Part shown: positions 60,716 through 64,000 of the stretch, one piece after another
Layout of the letters: the number at the start of each line of letters is the position of its first letter
Position numbering within the stretch: position 1 is the stretch's first letter
Source: Macrostomum hystrix
Lineage: Eukaryota > Animalia > Platyhelminthes
Assembly (NCBI GenBank): GCA_950097015.1
Contig: CATNEN010000001.1
Span: 4,650,001-4,714,000, forward strand
DNA: 64,000 bases
Direction of reading: 5' to 3'
Made by a program: the position numbers and the translations under genes
The notes under the pieces: model-generated
The model's database searches: none
What the model saw: only the letters and a program-made list of their open reading frames with translations
Told to the model about the DNA's origin: nothing

Positions 60716-60773
60716 CTAGAATGCCACATTTGAAGCTCGTACGAATTGTGAATCAAATCAGCAAAAACCAGAC

Positions 60774-61363
60774 CTGTAGTTCTCGTAGTGCAGATTGCTA
60801 GTAACTTCCCTCAGATCCTGCATATGAGTTCGCAGCAGCAGATTTCTTAAAGCTTTAAAATCGTTGTGCTCCAAATTTTCAACTTCGACTGAGCCCCAAG
60901 GATACACACGGCCGCGGGTTCGACTCCCGCTGCGACCCTCAACTGTACAGTTGGCTCCAACCACGGCGAACGGCATTCGTTCTCTGTAGATTTTCACTAG
61001 CTGGGCGCTCGAATCGTCGTCTTTGCTAGACGCTGATGCGATAGACGACAGAGTGGAAGCGGTGGATGAAGCACTAATAGTAGCCGAATTAGAGACTGGA
61101 TTCACAGAATCACCGCTAGGACAGTCAGGAAAATCGTAGACTCTAATTTTATGCTGAGCTAATTCATTAGAAATATTTTTCTTAAAGTCTCTCATTTCTT
61201 CGGGTGTCATACAGTCCGCCTTAGCTATCACCGGTACAATATTGGCTTTGTCTGATAGGCGCTTCATAAATTCTATGTCTAAAGGCTTCAGGCCGTGGCC
61301 AGTTGGAGCGATGAAGTACAGGACGCAGTGGACGCGACTGTCCAGAATTTGGCCTCGATTGAC
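60774..61363 (-). CDS. SEPT7: Septin-7-like, coding exon 2 (GTPase G4 motif and septin unique element)
   Basis: Acceptor CTCTCTTCAAAG and donor AG|GTCTGG. Peptide includes VNR...[47 protein letters not shown] and HYENYR. Confidence 0.95.
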
Positions 61364-61616
61364 CTTTGAAGAGAGAGCGGACGAAGAAAACAACTGTTTT
61401 ATGTTTTTAGGGATTAAAAAACTACTATTACTACTAACATACGGCTAATCAGTAGTGCGATCCGCTTATTGAATTTTGGACAAAAAATTACTTTTAAATT
61501 GTTCTTAAATCGACTAAATATAAATCTTTGCAAGTTACTAGATGTGAGGGGGAGAGCAACTCTAAAGGATTGCAGAGCGAAGAAAGCGACCCTGAAGAGC
61601 GGCTCTGAAGGGCCCT

Positions 61617-62472
61617 GAAGGTGTGGGACGAGCCGCCATGAAGGTGAGGGAAGAGCGGCCTGAAGGTGAGGGAAGAGCGGCACTGAAGGTGAGGGAAGAG
61701 CGGCACTGAAGGTGAGGGAAGAGCGGCCTGAAGGTGAGGGAAGAGCGGCACTGAAGGTGAGGGAAGAGCGGCACTGAAGGTGAGGGAAGAGCAGCCCTGC
61801 AGGGAGTGAAGAGCGGCACTGAAGGTGAGGGAAGAGCAGCCCTGCAGGGAGTGAAGAGCGGCACTGAAGGTGAGGGAAGAGCAGCCCTGCAGGGAGTGAA
61901 GAGCGGCACTGAAGGTGAGGGAAGAGCGGCACTGAAGGTGAGGGAAGAGCAGCCCTGCAGGGAGTGAAGAGCGGCACTGAAGGTGAGGGAAGAGCGGCAC
62001 TGAAGGTGAGGGAAGAGCAGCCCTGCAGGGAGGGAAGAGCGGCACTGAAGGTGAGGGAAGAGCGGCACTGAAGGTGAGGGAAGAGCAGCCCTGCAGGGAG
62101 TGAAGAGCGGCACTGAAGGTGAGGGAAGAGCGGCACTGAAGGTGAGGGAAGAGCGGCACTGAAGGTGAGGGAAGAGCAGCCCTGCAGGGAGTGAAGAGCG
62201 GCACTGAAGGTGAGGGAAGAGCGGCACTGAAGGTGAGGGAAGAGCAGCCCTGCAGGGAGTGAAGAGCGGCACTGAAGGTGAGGGAAGAGCGGCACTGAAG
62301 GTGAGGGAAGAGCAGCCCTGCAGGGAGGGAAGAGCGGCACTGAAGGTGAGGGAAGAGCAGCCCTGCAGGGAGGGAAGAGCGGCACTGAAGGTGAGGGATG
62401 AGCAGCCCTGCAGGGAGTGAAGAGCGGCACTGAAGGTGAGGGAAGAGCAGCCCTGAAGGTGAAGGAAGAGCG
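61617..62472. repeat. Minisatellite of interleaved 23-bp (GAAGAGCGGCACTGAAGGTGAGG) and 22-bp (GAAGAGCAGCCCTGCAGGGAGT) units in septin intron 1
   Basis: Directly visible tandem units, ~37 in total. Confidence 0.96.
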
Positions 62473-62522
62473 AGCAAGGATAGCCATAAATTAGGCCGAC
62501 AATCGAGAAGCAGAAAATTCAC

Positions 62523-63104
62523 CCTCTGTTCAGCGATGAGGTGATCCTCAAACCGAGCCTCGATATAATCAATAATCGGGCACCAACAATTAGAATTATC
62601 GACAGCATCGCCGAAGCCAGGCGTATCGATTAGATTCAATCGCAAATGAACACTGTTCTCCTTCAGCAGTACAGTGTGACTCTCAACGTAGACAGTTTTC
62701 TTGATTCGTTTAGAAGGTCCCGGATGCTCGGAGTTGTACAATTCCGACAGGAACAAGCTATTTAATAGAGTAGATTTACCAAGGCCAGTTTCTCCAACAA
62801 CCATCAGATTGAATTCAAATCCGCGCCTAATAGCTCGCCTATAGATTTGATTTGGCATATTAGCATAGCCAACCTGTTGCTGTTGCTGCGTAGAATCGGT
62901 GAAATTCAACAGTGATTTAGTTGTCGATTCTGTGGCCACAGCGGTACCGGATGATAATCCGCTACTACTAGTAGTATTGTACCTACTTGAGATGTTATAT
63001 TTAGCTAGAATATCTTCTCCACCAATAGCGGACGCGGCGGCTGATGAACGAATCGATCTCTGACTATAAGCATCATCTAATGTGCCGCGTTTTGACGATG
63101 CCAT
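62523..63104 (-). CDS. SEPT7: Septin-7-like, coding exon 1 (N-terminal extension, G1 P-loop, G3)
   Basis: AAAAAAATG start and donor AGG|GTGAAT, joining in phase to VNR. Peptide includes [42 protein letters not shown] and [15 protein letters not shown]. Confidence 0.95.
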
Positions 63105-63296
63105 TTTTTTAATTGTTAGAAAATATCTTTCTTTTTTTATAATTCCTTTGAAGCTGGAAATTTTCCATTGCGTTCTGTTTATACGTCCGAAATCTAAATT
63201 AGAAAAAGTTTAAACTGCTTATTGCATGGGTCAGAAAACTTCGGCCCTCGAAGTTCCCAAATCCGGCCCGTTGCCCCTTCCAACACCAACAGTATC

Positions 63297-63572
63297 CTGT
63301 CTCATCTATCCTTAGTGTGTGTCTTATATGTGTCTTATATCTCCGTTGTCTCATCGTTTCTGTCTTATCTCTCCAATTTCTCATCTCTTCTCTGTCTCAT
63401 CTCTCCCCTTTCTTATCCCTCCCCAGTCTCATCTATCCCGTGTCTCATTTTTTCCCTGTCTTATCTCTCCAATTTCTAATCTCTTCTGTCTCATCTCTCC
63501 CCTTTCTTATCTCTCGCCTGTCTTATCTCTACTGTGCCTTATCTCTCCCGTGTCTCATCTCTCCCCTTTCTC
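63297..63572. repeat. Degenerate pyrimidine-rich tandem repeat (TGTCT(T/C)ATCTCTCC-like, ~14-17 bp units) upstream of the septin ATG
   Basis: Repeated TCTTATCT/TCTCATCT cores with a ~60-bp internal duplication. Confidence 0.8.
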
Positions 63573-64000
63573 ATATTCCTACAGTTAATGAGGCTCGCTG
63601 CCGTCTTTTAGATTCTCTCCGTGACCCGCAAGCTAATAAGTTTGCCGACCCCTGGCTTATCGGGTTGTTCAATTTTATGCAAATTAATGGCTAGTTACAT
63701 GTGACAAAACAGTCAAAAGAGATTTCGTGCATAAAAATGCAGGATTGTTTTCTAAGAACTAGCTCACACTTTTCAATGTAAATTAGCATTTTGTTTTGAT
63801 AATTCTGACACTAAACAGAATAAATGCTAATATAATGCATGAAACCGATACATACAGTACTTTTAGCAACATATTCAATAAACAAAGTGAATTTAAACTA
63901 TATCTAACAAAAAACTAAATAAAAACCAATTGTGTATGATGATTAGAACCCAAACCCTATTAGGATTTGAACCCAAGGTCCCAACCCCAAATAAGTTTGG

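Noticed and set aside
61414-62522. 357-aa and 236-aa ORFs and the repetitive C-terminal part of the 536-aa ORF
   Set aside because: Read-through into the intron-1 minisatellite. Septin homology stops at the 62522 donor and resumes at 61363.
63199-63694. Short ORFs upstream of the septin gene
   Set aside because: Translations of the low-complexity pyrimidine repeat.

Overview
Eukaryotic (metazoan, probably invertebrate) genomic DNA. The right end holds the first three coding exons of a minus-strand septin-7-like gene (63104-62523, 61363-60774, 59949-59799, all GT-AG). Every intron carries its own 21-24 bp tandem repeat. Intron 3 starts at 59798 and runs off the left edge (>59.7 kb). It is almost entirely one 24-bp satellite (consensus GATCCCAAACCAGAATCTAGAACA, ~2,100 monomers) with no visible indel and nested higher-order repeats up to ~9.9 kb. 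A complete, very recent 9,206-bp Ty3/gypsy LTR retrotransposon (47803-57008) sits in the satellite, antisense to the host gene. It has apparently identical 668-bp LTRs, a CTAG target-site duplication and gag/pol joined by a -1 frameshift signal. Its unusual parts are a Cys-repeat insert between RNase H and integrase, an AT-hook-like integrase tail, a bulged tRNA-Leu PBS and a third, non-env ORF with KEN-box, NLS and Arg-rich motifs. The many short ORFs over the satellite are translation artefacts.
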